Origin: Bdellovibrionia bacterium
Lineage (GTDB): Bacteria; Bdellovibrionota; Bdellovibrionia; Bdellovibrionales; JAGQZY01
Direction: 5' to 3'
NCBI GenBank assembly: GCA_030424715.1
Contig: JAUHWH010000003.1
Coordinates: 68,148 to 132,147 of the forward strand
Length of the DNA: 64,000 bases
The notes under the pieces were generated by a model, which was given only the letters and a program-made list of their open reading frames with translations, was not told where the DNA came from and searched no databases. Positions 36,788-46,313 of this stretch are shown here, piece after piece (positions within the stretch are counted from its first letter, which is position 1; the number at the start of each line of letters is the position of its first letter). Made by a program: the position numbers and the translations under genes.

Positions 36788-38227
36788 GTGTCGATATCGT
36801 ATTGGTTCTCACTCATTCTTTTCACTTTCTTGATTCAATCAACAGCCATCGCCCAAACCTGCGTCGAAGTGTTTCAGCGAACACCGAAGATCCATCGATT
36901 GTTTATCGACCCCAACAGACAGCTCGTTCAAGCGGAACTCGACATGAGTGTGGGACGTTTTGAAGCCGCCTTACAAGCGAGCACCATGGTTGTTCGATTG
37001 GACGCTGGCAGCTCTCGAGGCTGGCTTATGATGGGTCTAGCGCTTAAAGGATTACGTCGTTTCGATCGCTCCAAAATCGCTTTTCAGCGAGCCATCGATA
37101 TCGAGATCGACAGCGGCTCTCCCGGGCCAATCAGAGAGACAGCCAGTCGCGAACTTGTGGATATCTATGAAAAGACTAAAGACTATGAATCCCTGGCAGA
37201 CTATTTGGGCTTCTCCATTGCCAACGAGGGACCCCGTCAAACCCTCTACTTTCAGGCGGTGGTCGCCAATCTCCGCGCCGGCCGGGTAGAGAAAGCAGCG
37301 GAGCGCTTCTATGAACTCGAACGTCGCTATCCAGATGAGCCCTTGTTGGGATCTCTGAGAGCTCAGGTCTTGTTGGCACAGGGGCGATTATCAGAAGCCT
37401 ACGAGGCCATTGATCGGTACATCGGCAAAGGCGGTATTCGCGCTGACAAACGAGCTTTAGGTGTAAAAGCTAAAATTCTAAATAGACTGGGAAGAATCGA
37501 AGAAGCCACAGAAGTGTTCCGTCGAATTCTCGAAATCGACCCCAACAACCCTATTGCCTTGTCACAGATTGGTTACAGCTACCTTGTTTTGGGTCTCCCC
37601 AAAAAGGCTTTGCCTTGGCTGCGGCAATCGTTTGATCTCGAGCCTCACAACACGGTGGTTCTGCGTAATCTGGTGAAGGCATTGATGGATCTCGAGCAAT
37701 CAGCGGAGCTTGCGAAACTGGCCAGCCGAATGCCACAGGGCGAAGAACGATCTTACATCGAAGCCGCCAGCTCGGCATTAAGAGGCCATTTTAGTCGGGC
37801 CCTCGACCAGTTGGAATCAGTGACACCGACCCCTCGTGTGCAACGACTACAGGCGCGCCTGCATTACCTCGCGGGCAATCCCATCTTGGCCAAACAAACA
37901 TTGATCCAGTTAATTCATAATTTAGAAAACCCAGACCTCTTTGTGATCGCAGCTCTCGCCAAGTTGGAGCGCTTGGATCAACCCCACGACAAGTTCGCCG
38001 CTAGCCCGATGCTGAAGGCCGTTATAGAAAGTCTCACTGGTTCGGAGCTTAAAATAGTGAGTCAAATGACTCACTCCAATTTTTGGACCATAAAAGGCGA
38101 TGAATTACCGGCGCCCCCCTCTTCAGATATCGCCAACTCTTTTTGGGTTCATCAAGGGATTTACTTGCGACCGGTTGATGGTAATGCTGTTCGAGAAATA
38201 ACTCACCAAAGTCACCGAAACGATTAG
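36788..38227 (+). CDS. secreted TPR-repeat protein
   Basis: GTG start and signal peptide ...IQSTAIA. Repeated A..F..AL..DP.N pattern (e.g. EVFRRILEIDPNNPIALSQIGYSY). Confidence 0.7.
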   Translation: MSISYWFSLILFTFLIQSTAIAQTCVEVFQRTPKIHRLFIDPNRQLVQAELDMSVGRFEAALQASTMVVRLDAGSSRGWLMMGLALKGLRRFDRSKIAFQRAIDIEIDSGSPGPIRETASRELVDIYEKTKDYESLADYLGFSIANEGPRQTLYFQAVVANLRAGRVEKAAERFYELERRYPDEPLLGSLRAQVLLAQGRLSEAYEAIDRYIGKGGIRADKRALGVKAKILNRLGRIEEATEVFRRILEIDPNNPIALSQIGYSYLVLGLPKKALPWLRQSFDLEPHNTVVLRNLVKALMDLEQSAELAKLASRMPQGEERSYIEAASSALRGHFSRALDQLESVTPTPRVQRLQARLHYLAGNPILAKQTLIQLIHNLENPDLFVIAALAKLERLDQPHDKFAASPMLKAVIESLTGSELKIVSQMTHSNFWTIKGDELPAPPSSDIANSFWVHQGIYLRPVDGNAVREITHQSHRND

Positions 38228-38347
38228 CAAATCGTTATCGAGTGGCCTCAGTACTATAATAAAATCAACAAGAAGACGCCACTCAAAAGCGCCCCTTAAA
38301 ACTCAAGGTAAAAAACGGGGAGCGGTGACCTTGTGTCTCGGCCCCAT

Positions 38348-39625
38348 TTAGCTCAGCTGCGAGAACACCAAAGAGGCATTGGTACCACCAAAGCCAAAAG
38401 AGTTATTTAACACATGCTTAAACTCACCATCACGGGCCGACAGCGGCACATAGTCCAGGTCGCAATCGTCAGAGGGGTCTTCAAGATTTATGGTTGGTGG
38501 AGCCACTTGATGTTTCAGCGCCAACAAACTGTAAATACTCTCAATAGCACCGGCCGCCCCTAAGGTGTGACCTGTCATGCTCTTGGTGCTGGAAACCCAC
38601 AGCTTTTTAGAATGATCGCCGAAAACCTTTTTCATTGCCGCGGTTTCAACACCATCTCCCGCTGGAGTGCTTGTACCATGGGCGTTGGCATAGGCGACAT
38701 CTTCTGGATTGATGCCAGCGTCTTTTATAGCGATACGCATGGACAAAGCCGCACCGTCACCATTGGGCGAAGGGTTGGTCATATGGTAGGCATCCGAAGA
38801 AAATCCGTAACCAGTGACTTCTCCATAAATGGTGGCCCCTCGACGAGAGGCGTGTTCGTAATCCTCAAGAACCAGTGTGCCCGCACCTTCACTTAAAACA
38901 AAACCGTCCCGCTCTTTATCAAAAGGACGACTGGCTGTTTGAGGCGAACTGTTGCGTGTGGAGAGAGCTTTCATCGCTCCAAACCCAGCAATCGCTAAGG
39001 GCGTGATGGCCGACTCGCAACCTCCTGCAATCATCATGTCGCATTGACCATCGCGGATGTATTGTGCGGCTTCTCCCACCGAATGGGCACCCGAAGCACA
39101 CGCCGATGTGACAGAAAAGTTGGGGCCTCGCAGACCATGCTTGATCGTAATATGCCCCGAGGCCATATTGCTGATCACTGCCGGGATGAAAAAAGGCGAA
39201 ATTCGACTCGGGCCACGCTCGAGATAGATTTTACTCTGCTTTTCGATATCTGGTAATCCACCAATGCCCACCCCAATAATGGCTCCCGATCGAGCTTTCA
39301 ACAGGTCGTTATCGGCGAAATCAAGACCAGAGTCTTCGAGAGCTTGTCGAGTGGCTTCAAGAGATAAAAGAATAAAGCGATCCATCTTCTTTTGGTCTTT
39401 TTTGTCGACCACAAGAAGAGGATCAAAATCTTTCACTTCACCAGCAATCTTCGACACGAAGGCACTTGAATCGAACTGGCTAATCTCACCGATACCGGAT
39501 CGTCCGTTGGTGATATTATCCCAGTTCTCTCGCACAGTCAGACCAAGGGGTGTGACCATACCAATGCCGGTAACAACCACGCGTCTTTGCGGCTTGCTCT
39601 CTCTTAAAAACACACTTTGACTCAT
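38348..39625 (-). CDS. fabF: beta-ketoacyl-ACP synthase II
   Basis: VVVTGIG, active-site TSACASGAHS, NAHGTSTPAGD, KSMTGHTLGAAG. Confidence 0.95.
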   Translation of the reverse strand: MSQSVFLRESKPQRRVVVTGIGMVTPLGLTVRENWDNITNGRSGIGEISQFDSSAFVSKIAGEVKDFDPLLVVDKKDQKKMDRFILLSLEATRQALEDSGLDFADNDLLKARSGAIIGVGIGGLPDIEKQSKIYLERGPSRISPFFIPAVISNMASGHITIKHGLRGPNFSVTSACASGAHSVGEAAQYIRDGQCDMMIAGGCESAITPLAIAGFGAMKALSTRNSSPQTASRPFDKERDGFVLSEGAGTLVLEDYEHASRRGATIYGEVTGYGFSSDAYHMTNPSPNGDGAALSMRIAIKDAGINPEDVAYANAHGTSTPAGDGVETAAMKKVFGDHSKKLWVSSTKSMTGHTLGAAGAIESIYSLLALKHQVAPPTINLEDPSDDCDLDYVPLSARDGEFKHVLNNSFGFGGTNASLVFSQLS

Positions 39626-39642
39626 AAAACGAAAAGCCTTTA

Positions 39643-39885
39643 CTAAACTTTGCCCTTAGAGGCCAAGTAATCCGTAACGTCTTGTACGGTTTTTAACTTC
39701 TCGGCTTCTTCGTCAGGAATTTCGATCTCAAACGATTCTTCCATGGCCATAACAAGCTCGACGATATCGAGACTGTCAGCGCCTAGGTCATCTATAAAAG
39801 ACGCTTCGCCTTTTACTCTTTCTGGATCAACACCCAGTTGCTCTGTGATCACTTCTTTTACTTTTGCTGGAATTTCTGTGGACAT
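39643..39885 (-). CDS. acpP: acyl carrier protein
   Basis: 80 aa with [15 protein letters not shown]. Confidence 0.96.
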   Translation of the reverse strand: MSTEIPAKVKEVITEQLGVDPERVKGEASFIDDLGADSLDIVELVMAMEESFEIEIPDEEAEKLKTVQDVTDYLASKGKV

Positions 39886-39902
39886 TACGTACCTCCATTA
39901 AA

Positions 39903-40646
39903 TTACATATACATGCCGCCATTAACACTAATGGTCTGGCCTGTAATATATTTTGATTCATCACTCAATAAAAAAGCCACGGATTGTGCCACGTCAAGGG
40001 GCTCACCCATGGTTTGAAGGGGAACAAGGGACACATAGTGCTCCTTGATCGCCTCCGGCAACTCGTCGGTCATATCGGTTGTGATAAAACCGGGAGCCAC
40101 ACAGTTCACCCGAATCTTACGAGAACCGACCTCTTGTGCAATCGATTTTGAGAACGCTTCAACGCCGGCTTTGCTAGCTGCGTAGTTCGATTGCCCGGGG
40201 CCACCCACTTGTCCAATCACCGAAGTGATGTTCACAATGCTTCCCGTGCGAGCCTTCATCATCACTTTGATTGCGAGCTTTGTACAATGGAAAACACCCT
40301 TAAGATTGGTGTCAATGACCTCGTCAAATTCAGATTCTTTCATTCTTAATAGCAATTGGTCACGGGTGATTCCAGCATTATTAACCAAACCCGATAATTC
40401 ACCAAATTCGGCCATAACTTTTGAGAAGCCGTCCTTGATTGACGACTCATCAGCTACGTTAAAAGGAATCATTAGATGACCGTCGCCAGGTAAGTCAGCG
40501 AAGACTCGTTCGGCATGTTCTTTCGATCGCCCGTAGGTTATCGCAACACGCATGCCTTGCCCGGCAAGAAAATTAGCCGTCGCGGCGCCAATGCCCCGAC
40601 TGCTCCCAGTTACTAAAACCGTTTTCCCTTTCAAACTTTCCATCAC
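39903..40646 (-). CDS. fabG: 3-oxoacyl-ACP reductase
   Basis: VTGSSRGIG, NNAGI, and the Y..ASKAG catalytic motif. Confidence 0.95.
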   Translation of the reverse strand: MMESLKGKTVLVTGSSRGIGAATANFLAGQGMRVAITYGRSKEHAERVFADLPGDGHLMIPFNVADESSIKDGFSKVMAEFGELSGLVNNAGITRDQLLLRMKESEFDEVIDTNLKGVFHCTKLAIKVMMKARTGSIVNITSVIGQVGGPGQSNYAASKAGVEAFSKSIAQEVGSRKIRVNCVAPGFITTDMTDELPEAIKEHYVSLVPLQTMGEPLDVAQSVAFLLSDESKYITGQTISVNGGMYM

Positions 40647-41656
40647 ATGTCTCCGTAACCACCGTCAACACGGCTTTTACGTTCTTCTTTTTTGTTGTCG
40701 CTAGCCGCTTGTCGATCAAATGACTGCAGGTCCGATAAAGTGTTTAAGGGAACGCAGATCACATCGGGATCAATTTTTTTGGTTAATCCCGTTAACACTT
40801 TACCCGGTCCGAATTCGCCCATCAGACTCACATCCAACTCTCTTAAGGCACGAACGCATTCGACCCAGCGGACAGCACCCGAAACCTGGGCAATCAAATT
40901 GCTTTTGATCGTTGCCGCGTCTGTTTCAATTTGACCGGTGAAATTTTGGGCAATTCCAAACAGGGGTTCTTTAAAGTCTATCGCTTCGATGGCCTTTGCG
41001 AGCTTTCGCTCAGCTCTACGCATCATTGAGCAATGGAACGGGGCAGACACTTTCAATGGTATCAACTTCACTTTTGTTTTGTCGGACCCAATTTTGTCAG
41101 GAGTAAAGTTTTTACGAACCCAATCGATGATCTCAAGTCTTCCGCTGATCACAGTTTGCGCTGGTGAATTGTAATTGGCGGGTTCAAGAGGGGTGTTCTT
41201 AGTCTCTTTACAGGCCCAAGTGCACATCTTTTTGACTTCCGAGGCCTCTAAGCCCATGACGGCCATCATCCCGCCTTGTCCAACTGGAACAGACTCTTGC
41301 ATCAAGCGGCCTCGCAGTTGCACCAACTTTACGGCTTCGGCAAAAGTGATGACCCCGGCAGCAACGAGAGCCGTGTATTCGCCCACAGAGTGGCCTGCCG
41401 CCACGGCAACGCGCAGTTCACCCATATCTTTCACAACACGATAGGTGGCAAATTCGATGGTGACCAGGGCGGGCTGGGTGAATTCAGTGAGTTGTAACTT
41501 TTCAGCAGGCCCCTCGAGGCACAGCTCTTTCATATCGTAGCCGAGAACGTCGCTGGCTTCTTCAAAGACATGGGCAAAGCGGGGGAATTGATCGAAGAGC
41601 TCGTCTCCCATCCCCACATGCTGGCTCCCTTGTCCTGGAAAAAGTGCAGCAACCAT
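40643..41656 (-). CDS. fabD: malonyl-CoA:ACP transacylase (with a ~35-aa basic/acidic C-terminal extension)
   Basis: FPGQGSQ, GHSVGEY. 4-nt overlap with fabG. Confidence 0.93.
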   Translation of the reverse strand: MVAALFPGQGSQHVGMGDELFDQFPRFAHVFEEASDVLGYDMKELCLEGPAEKLQLTEFTQPALVTIEFATYRVVKDMGELRVAVAAGHSVGEYTALVAAGVITFAEAVKLVQLRGRLMQESVPVGQGGMMAVMGLEASEVKKMCTWACKETKNTPLEPANYNSPAQTVISGRLEIIDWVRKNFTPDKIGSDKTKVKLIPLKVSAPFHCSMMRRAERKLAKAIEAIDFKEPLFGIAQNFTGQIETDAATIKSNLIAQVSGAVRWVECVRALRELDVSLMGEFGPGKVLTGLTKKIDPDVICVPLNTLSDLQSFDRQAASDNKKEERKSRVDGGYGDM

Positions 41657-41657
41657 T

Positions 41658-42644
41658 TTAGAGCCTCACCAAAGCGCTACCACTGGTTAGGCCAGCACCA
41701 AAGGCTGTCATCAAGACAAGATCACCTTTTTTAATTTTACCGCTTTTAAGACCATTGTTCAGCGCCACAGGTATGGTTGCTGCCGAAACATTCCCCATGT
41801 TTTCAATGTCGACAATCATCTTGTCCATGGAGAGATCAAAATGCTTGGCCACGGCTTCAATAATACGGGCGTTCGCCTGGTGGGGAATCACCCAATCGAT
41901 ATCTTCTTTTTTTAGATTGTTAGCATCGAGAGCCTCTTGGCAAGCCTGCGACATCGTCCGCACGGCATGCTTAAAGATCTCTCGCCCTTTCATGGATACA
42001 AAAATTTCTCCCGAATCCAAAGTCTCTTGGGTGAACGGGATCACGGCACCACCACTGGGTACGTAAAGAAGGTCGGCCAAGCTACCATCGGCATGGTTGT
42101 GGGTCGATAGCACTTTGCTTTCTTCACCATCCTCAGCTCTCGTGACAACGGCGGCGCCAGCCCCGTCCCCAAACAAGATGCAGGTCCCACGATCGTCGTA
42201 GTTCACCTTGTGATGTAAAATTTCAGCACCGATAATTAGTACATTTTTGTAGTGCCCTGTTTTTATAAACTGGTCGGCGATACTGAGGCTATAGACAAAG
42301 CCCGAACAGGCGGCGGCTAAATCAAAGGCCATAATATTACCGAGCCCCAATTTGGCTTGCAGGTAGCAAGCCGAGGAGGGCATCAGGTAATCCGGTGTGA
42401 CGGTGGCAAAAATAAGGAGCTCAATGTCTGACTTCTCGATACCTGAGTTTTTGATGGCTTCTTCGGCGGCAACAAGAGCAAGGTCGCTGGTCCCTTGACC
42501 ATCTTCGGCTATGGAACGAGAGTAAATACCGGTTCTCTCGACAATCCAGTCGCTGTTGGTTTCAACCATTTTTTCGAGATCGTGATTTGTCAACTTTTTG
42601 GGAGGGAGAAAGGACCCCATCCCGATAATCTTGCTGCTAAACAT
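41658..42644 (-). CDS. fabH: beta-ketoacyl-ACP synthase III
   Basis: AACSGFVYSL, HQAN, GFGAGL-type C-terminus (AFGAGLTSG). Confidence 0.95.
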   Translation of the reverse strand: MFSSKIIGMGSFLPPKKLTNHDLEKMVETNSDWIVERTGIYSRSIAEDGQGTSDLALVAAEEAIKNSGIEKSDIELLIFATVTPDYLMPSSACYLQAKLGLGNIMAFDLAAACSGFVYSLSIADQFIKTGHYKNVLIIGAEILHHKVNYDDRGTCILFGDGAGAAVVTRAEDGEESKVLSTHNHADGSLADLLYVPSGGAVIPFTQETLDSGEIFVSMKGREIFKHAVRTMSQACQEALDANNLKKEDIDWVIPHQANARIIEAVAKHFDLSMDKMIVDIENMGNVSAATIPVALNNGLKSGKIKKGDLVLMTAFGAGLTSGSALVRL

Positions 42645-42706
42645 GTTGCCGTCCCCCTAAAAAAATAGCCCTTCATGAAAAGGGCTACCATTTATATGAT
42701 GCAAAC

Positions 42707-42895
42707 TTACTCGGCGGCTGCCTGTGCGACGACGATTTCTTTGCCCTTGTAATAACCGCAAGAAGGGCACACATGGTGAGGCTTGACGACAGAGGCGCAG
42801 TTGGAACAGTTAACAACCGTCTTTGGGGTTGCGAAGTCATGAGAGCGGCGCATGCCTCTTCTCGATCGTGATATTCGACTCTTAGGTCCTGGCAT
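42707..42895 (-). CDS. rpmF: 50S ribosomal protein L32
   Basis: MPGPKSRISRSRRGMRRSH and the CxxC...CxxC zinc ribbon. SD GAGGAGG lies upstream. Confidence 0.95.
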   Translation of the reverse strand: MPGPKSRISRSRRGMRRSHDFATPKTVVNCSNCASVVKPHHVCPSCGYYKGKEIVVAQAAAE

Positions 42896-43313
42896 GAAAG
42901 CCTCCTCTAATTCAAAAAAGTAAGCCCCTATAAATAGTGGAATTCCTCAGAAAATCAACCTTTTTTAATGCTGTTTTTGCCTGTTTTTTGAAGGGTTTAG
43001 CTCAAAAGCCACCATGTGAATCAAAAGAGGGCATTTAACAACAAATAGTGAAGATGTTCCATAATTTCAATAGCTTGGGAAATCACTCACCCTCGATGGT
43101 CTCGACAAAAGTGGAACCAGGCCCAGTTAACACTTTCTATTCCTGGTAATATTTGAAAACATATAATTCTTAAAGCATGACTACTGATTGATCAATTCTC
43201 TGATTTTCGACAGGGGTGTCTCAGCCTGACCCAGCCAAGGCCAAAAGAAACCACTTTCAGGAAATTCCGGATGGCAGGCAAATTGCTTCTTAGAAAGGCA
43301 AGTGAGGGCAAAG

Positions 43314-43727
43314 ATGGCGATACGAAACAAGCGATTAAAGATTTCAATTATGGTGCTCTTTTTTTTCGGAAGCCTGCAGGTGGCTCAAGCAAAGCGCAAA
43401 CCAAAAGCGAAGGCCCAGCTCGAGCACTCTATTAATGAAGCTATGGGGCGCTCTGAAGCCGAACAAGAGCGCATCAGAGACCACATGAACAGTAAAACGG
43501 ACCAAATGCTTGAAGCCTGGGACGAACCATCGAAAACCACGCTTGAGATTAAACACACAGGAACAGTGCCAGTCGGTGCCTCAACTTTCGGTTCCTCTGA
43601 TTTCTCCATTGATAATGGGGGGGAAGATCAGAGTGGACTCGATAGTTTACGGGGAACCATTGAAGAAGAATCTACAGATATTGATTTTGATGAAGAATTA
43701 AGAGAAGTCAGCTCCATGAAGGAGTAA
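43314..43727 (+). CDS. small secreted acidic protein, hypothetical
   Basis: ATG at 43314 preceded by GAGGG. Signal peptide ...FFFGSLQVAQA. C-terminal half is rich in D/E/S. Confidence 0.5.
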   Translation: MAIRNKRLKISIMVLFFFGSLQVAQAKRKPKAKAQLEHSINEAMGRSEAEQERIRDHMNSKTDQMLEAWDEPSKTTLEIKHTGTVPVGASTFGSSDFSIDNGGEDQSGLDSLRGTIEEESTDIDFDEELREVSSMKE

Positions 43728-43770
43728 TTTTTGCCAAGATTGGTGGCAACACCAATCACCCTCTTCTTAA

Positions 43771-43806
43771 GCCATGGGTCCGCCAAAAACCCATGGCTTT
43801 TTTTTA
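43771..43806 (+). terminator. rho-independent terminator
   Basis: GCCATGGGT-CCGCCAAAA-ACCCATGGC (9-bp perfect stem) followed by T9. Confidence 0.8.
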
Positions 43807-43941
43807 TTTAAAATTAGACAGTCAATCAGTCACCAATTTGCTGATGGTCCCAAATTTCTGCCTCAAGCTCTAGCGATTGATTGTGTCGAACACAGACCCA
43901 AAACTCGTAGAGTGCACTACCCCTGGGATGGATGGGGCTGA

Positions 43942-44496
43942 CTAAAGAATCAGTTTGCGCATTTCATTTTGTGAATAAACAAAGTCCGCGTAGATCATGG
44001 TGTTGGTGATATTCCGGTGTCCGAGAGCAATCTGCAGCAATCGGATGTCCTTGACCTTTTTGTACAGACGAATAGCGAAGGTGTGCCGCAGGCAGTGGAA
44101 CTTCTTTTTTACGGGTCGGTAGTGCTCCCAGATCTGGCGCAGTCGATGATAGCTGATGTCGAACAGTTCATCACCAGGGGTCGTTTTAGAGTAGTCTTCA
44201 ACAAAATCAAACAACCATTCGGGCAAAGGAATTTCTCGGTCGTTTGATCCTTTGATGCCATGGATAAACACACTTTGGTCGTAAACATTAAGGTCTTCTT
44301 TTTTAAGATTGAGAATCTCAGTGGCGCGAGCTCCGGTGTGCATCGCCAGATATATCAGCAAGCAATTACGACGATCACTGAGGATGTACTTCTTTAACAG
44401 AATTTCAAGATGGTCGTACTCTGGGTCGAGCAAGAACTTGTTCTTGTTCATCGCGTAGGGTTTGGAGTGTCGTCGAGCCATATCCTGATCACACAC
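43942..44496 (-). CDS. short tyrosine recombinase (catalytic domain only; FimB/FimE-like size)
   Basis: ~180 aa. HTGARATEI (Arg I), HCLRHTFA (H-x-x-R), LGHRNITNTMIYADF (His/Tyr). No N-terminal core-binding domain. The start codon is ambiguous (GTG 44496 or ATG 44481). Confidence 0.8.
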   Translation of the reverse strand: MCDQDMARRHSKPYAMNKNKFLLDPEYDHLEILLKKYILSDRRNCLLIYLAMHTGARATEILNLKKEDLNVYDQSVFIHGIKGSNDREIPLPEWLFDFVEDYSKTTPGDELFDISYHRLRQIWEHYRPVKKKFHCLRHTFAIRLYKKVKDIRLLQIALGHRNITNTMIYADFVYSQNEMRKLIL

Positions 44497-44684
44497 CGGC
44501 CCTCAAAAAGAGTCAACAATTCAAACAATGAGAGGCCTGGTAAAATCGTCCGAGCTATTGCTGACTGAACTGTCGCAGCATTTTGGTATAACTCATGTTT
44601 GCGCTTCACCGTGACGTCTCTGAAAAGCTATGATCTACCTATTTGAAGCTATTGCAAGAGCCTTATGCACTTTGGGGGTGGGAT

Positions 44685-45818
44685 ATGAAGGTGTTGGTCA
44701 TGGGTTATCGTAAGGGGCTCTGCCGCGCTCTTGAGAAGCTGCAGATTCCCTATGGGATTTGGCACCCTAAACCAATCAAAACTTCGAGACAGGCTATCCG
44801 CATTGTCACCGCCGCCTACCCCAAATCCCACGCCGAGCTCGTGAACCAATTACCAGAACATGAAGAGATCAACCATGTTATCGCCGGCACCGAAGATTCG
44901 GTGTTTCCCGCCTCGTTGGTGCGCAAGTGGCTTGGCACCCGTCGTAACTCATTGAGTGTGGCTGCAAAATGCACCGACAAAGCCAAGATGAAGATTTACC
45001 TTAAAGAACATCAAATTCCGATGACCTCATTTTTAACCAAAAAAAATTATGTCAACAAACAGCAGATTCTAAAAGAGCTCGGCGACAAGGTTGTCGTTAA
45101 ACCTCGTAAAAGTTCGGGGAGTCGGGGGTTAAAAATTCTGTCAGACTCCGATGAAATTGCACAAGCCCTCAATAATCGGACTCTGTTAGAAAAAGCCATT
45201 GAAGGGTCGGAGGGGAGCATTGAATCTATCATTGAGGATGGTGAAATTCGTTTTACCAACATCACTCAGTATAAAGAAATTGGAGCTTGGAACTATATTC
45301 CTGGACACAATTCAAACAAAGTCAATAAAGAGATTCGAGAACTCAACGAATCCGTAGTGAAAGCTTTAAAAATAAAATGGGGTATCACCCACCTTGAGTA
45401 CTACAATACCAAGGCCGGGTTACTTTTCGGAGAAATTGCCCTGCGCCCGCCCGGCGGATACATTATGGACACGCTCAACGAGATATACGACTTCGATTTT
45501 TGGCAGCTGTTGGTAAAAGTAGAACTGGGACTTGCGCTGGGTGAGCTCCCGGTTCGCAAAAAATATGGAGCATCGATCATCATCTACCCTGAATTGGGCG
45601 TGATCTCTAAAATTGTCGGCCAAGAAGAGGTGGAAGGTCTCGAAAGCCTTGTTCGCTTTCGACTGAAAGCAAAAGTTGGTCAAACAGTTTCAAAGCGAAT
45701 GGGAGTCGGCGAAGACTTTGGCTACGGCCTGTTTGCCCACGAAGACAAGCAGCAACTCAAAGACGATCTAAAAACCTTCAGATCCAGTTTTAAGATCATT
45801 TCCAACGCCAGTGAGTGA
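44685..45818 (+). CDS. ATP-grasp carboxylate-amine ligase (L-amino-acid-ligase-like)
   Basis: Start set at MKVLVMGY. KVVVKPRKSSGSRGL, and EIALRPPGG in the C-terminal lobe. Confidence 0.7.
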   Translation: MKVLVMGYRKGLCRALEKLQIPYGIWHPKPIKTSRQAIRIVTAAYPKSHAELVNQLPEHEEINHVIAGTEDSVFPASLVRKWLGTRRNSLSVAAKCTDKAKMKIYLKEHQIPMTSFLTKKNYVNKQQILKELGDKVVVKPRKSSGSRGLKILSDSDEIAQALNNRTLLEKAIEGSEGSIESIIEDGEIRFTNITQYKEIGAWNYIPGHNSNKVNKEIRELNESVVKALKIKWGITHLEYYNTKAGLLFGEIALRPPGGYIMDTLNEIYDFDFWQLLVKVELGLALGELPVRKKYGASIIIYPELGVISKIVGQEEVEGLESLVRFRLKAKVGQTVSKRMGVGEDFGYGLFAHEDKQQLKDDLKTFRSSFKIISNASE

Positions 45819-45928
45819 TCCGATTTGAAGGATTATTTATGCAAGTTCTGGAATTCATAAATATCGATTGAGGACTGGCTCCGATTGGTTCTTTCTATAA
45901 TTTGTAGCCAGACTGTGGACGACTAAGC

Positions 45929-46046
45929 TTTTGTGGATGCGGGCTCCTGACGGCCACATGCTTTAGCTGTACAGCTAGAGCATGCCGTGGCTCCTGGCTG
46001 GGGTCGCCTGCGGCGAACGTATCACGCTCCCCAGACATCCACAAAA
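45929..46046. repeat. 118-bp palindromic (MITE-like or switch-like) element with perfect 11-bp terminal inverted repeats
   Basis: TTTTGTGGATG at 45929-45939 and CATCCACAAAA at 46036-46046. Central near-palindrome CATGCTTTAGCTG-TA-CAGCTAGAGCATG. Internal direct GGCTCCTG x2. Confidence 0.7.
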
Positions 46047-46198
46047 CCTCACTTATCCACAGATCTGTTTGAAAATAAAAAAGGGTCTACCTGGTTGTTT
46101 CGCAACACTAAAATTCAGTCACAATCCGAGAAGCTGAGCCAACCACCAATTGTGTCGCCCTGAATGAAACGAAGGGTCTGTAACTGAAAGTATACACA

Positions 46199-46230
46199 CC
46201 GTCGTCCAGGGCAAAGCGAAGGATCTTTTG
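46199..46230 (+). repeat. REP-like family copy (forward)
   Basis: CCGTCGTCCAGGGCAAAGCGAAGGATCTTTTG resembles the arm of the 25441 hairpin. Confidence 0.7.
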
Positions 46231-46313
46231 CAAAGAATGGCCAATTGGTAAAAATAAAGACTGTGATAGTTTTAGCGTTTATTAACAAAGGTTTAGAAAA
46301 GAGCTGATTAATT

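Noticed and set aside
42645-42706. Absence of plsX between rpmF and fabH, and of a DUF177/yceD gene upstream of rpmF.
   Set aside because: This is only a variation in gene order. plsX can be encoded elsewhere, and nothing in the 62-bp gap suggests decay or novelty.
43942-44496. Reading the short recombinase simply as a 5'-truncated prophage integrase marking a degraded prophage.
   Set aside because: This is not fully excluded. However, no phage structural or regulatory genes, att-like repeats or N-terminal remnants are visible, and the size and motif match to Fim-type recombinases is good. It is kept as a finding with both hypotheses stated.
46053-46061. Perfect DnaA-box 9-mers TTATCCACA at 46053-46061 and 48376-48384, plus ATCCACA-like motifs at 45933 and 46037, raising the idea of a replication origin.
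   Set aside because: There is no dnaA/dnaN context, no AT-rich unwinding element with 13-mer repeats, and only two perfect boxes 2.3 kb apart. The motif overlaps the termini of the 118-bp palindromic element. It is more likely repeat or insertion related, and is reported under the island findings.
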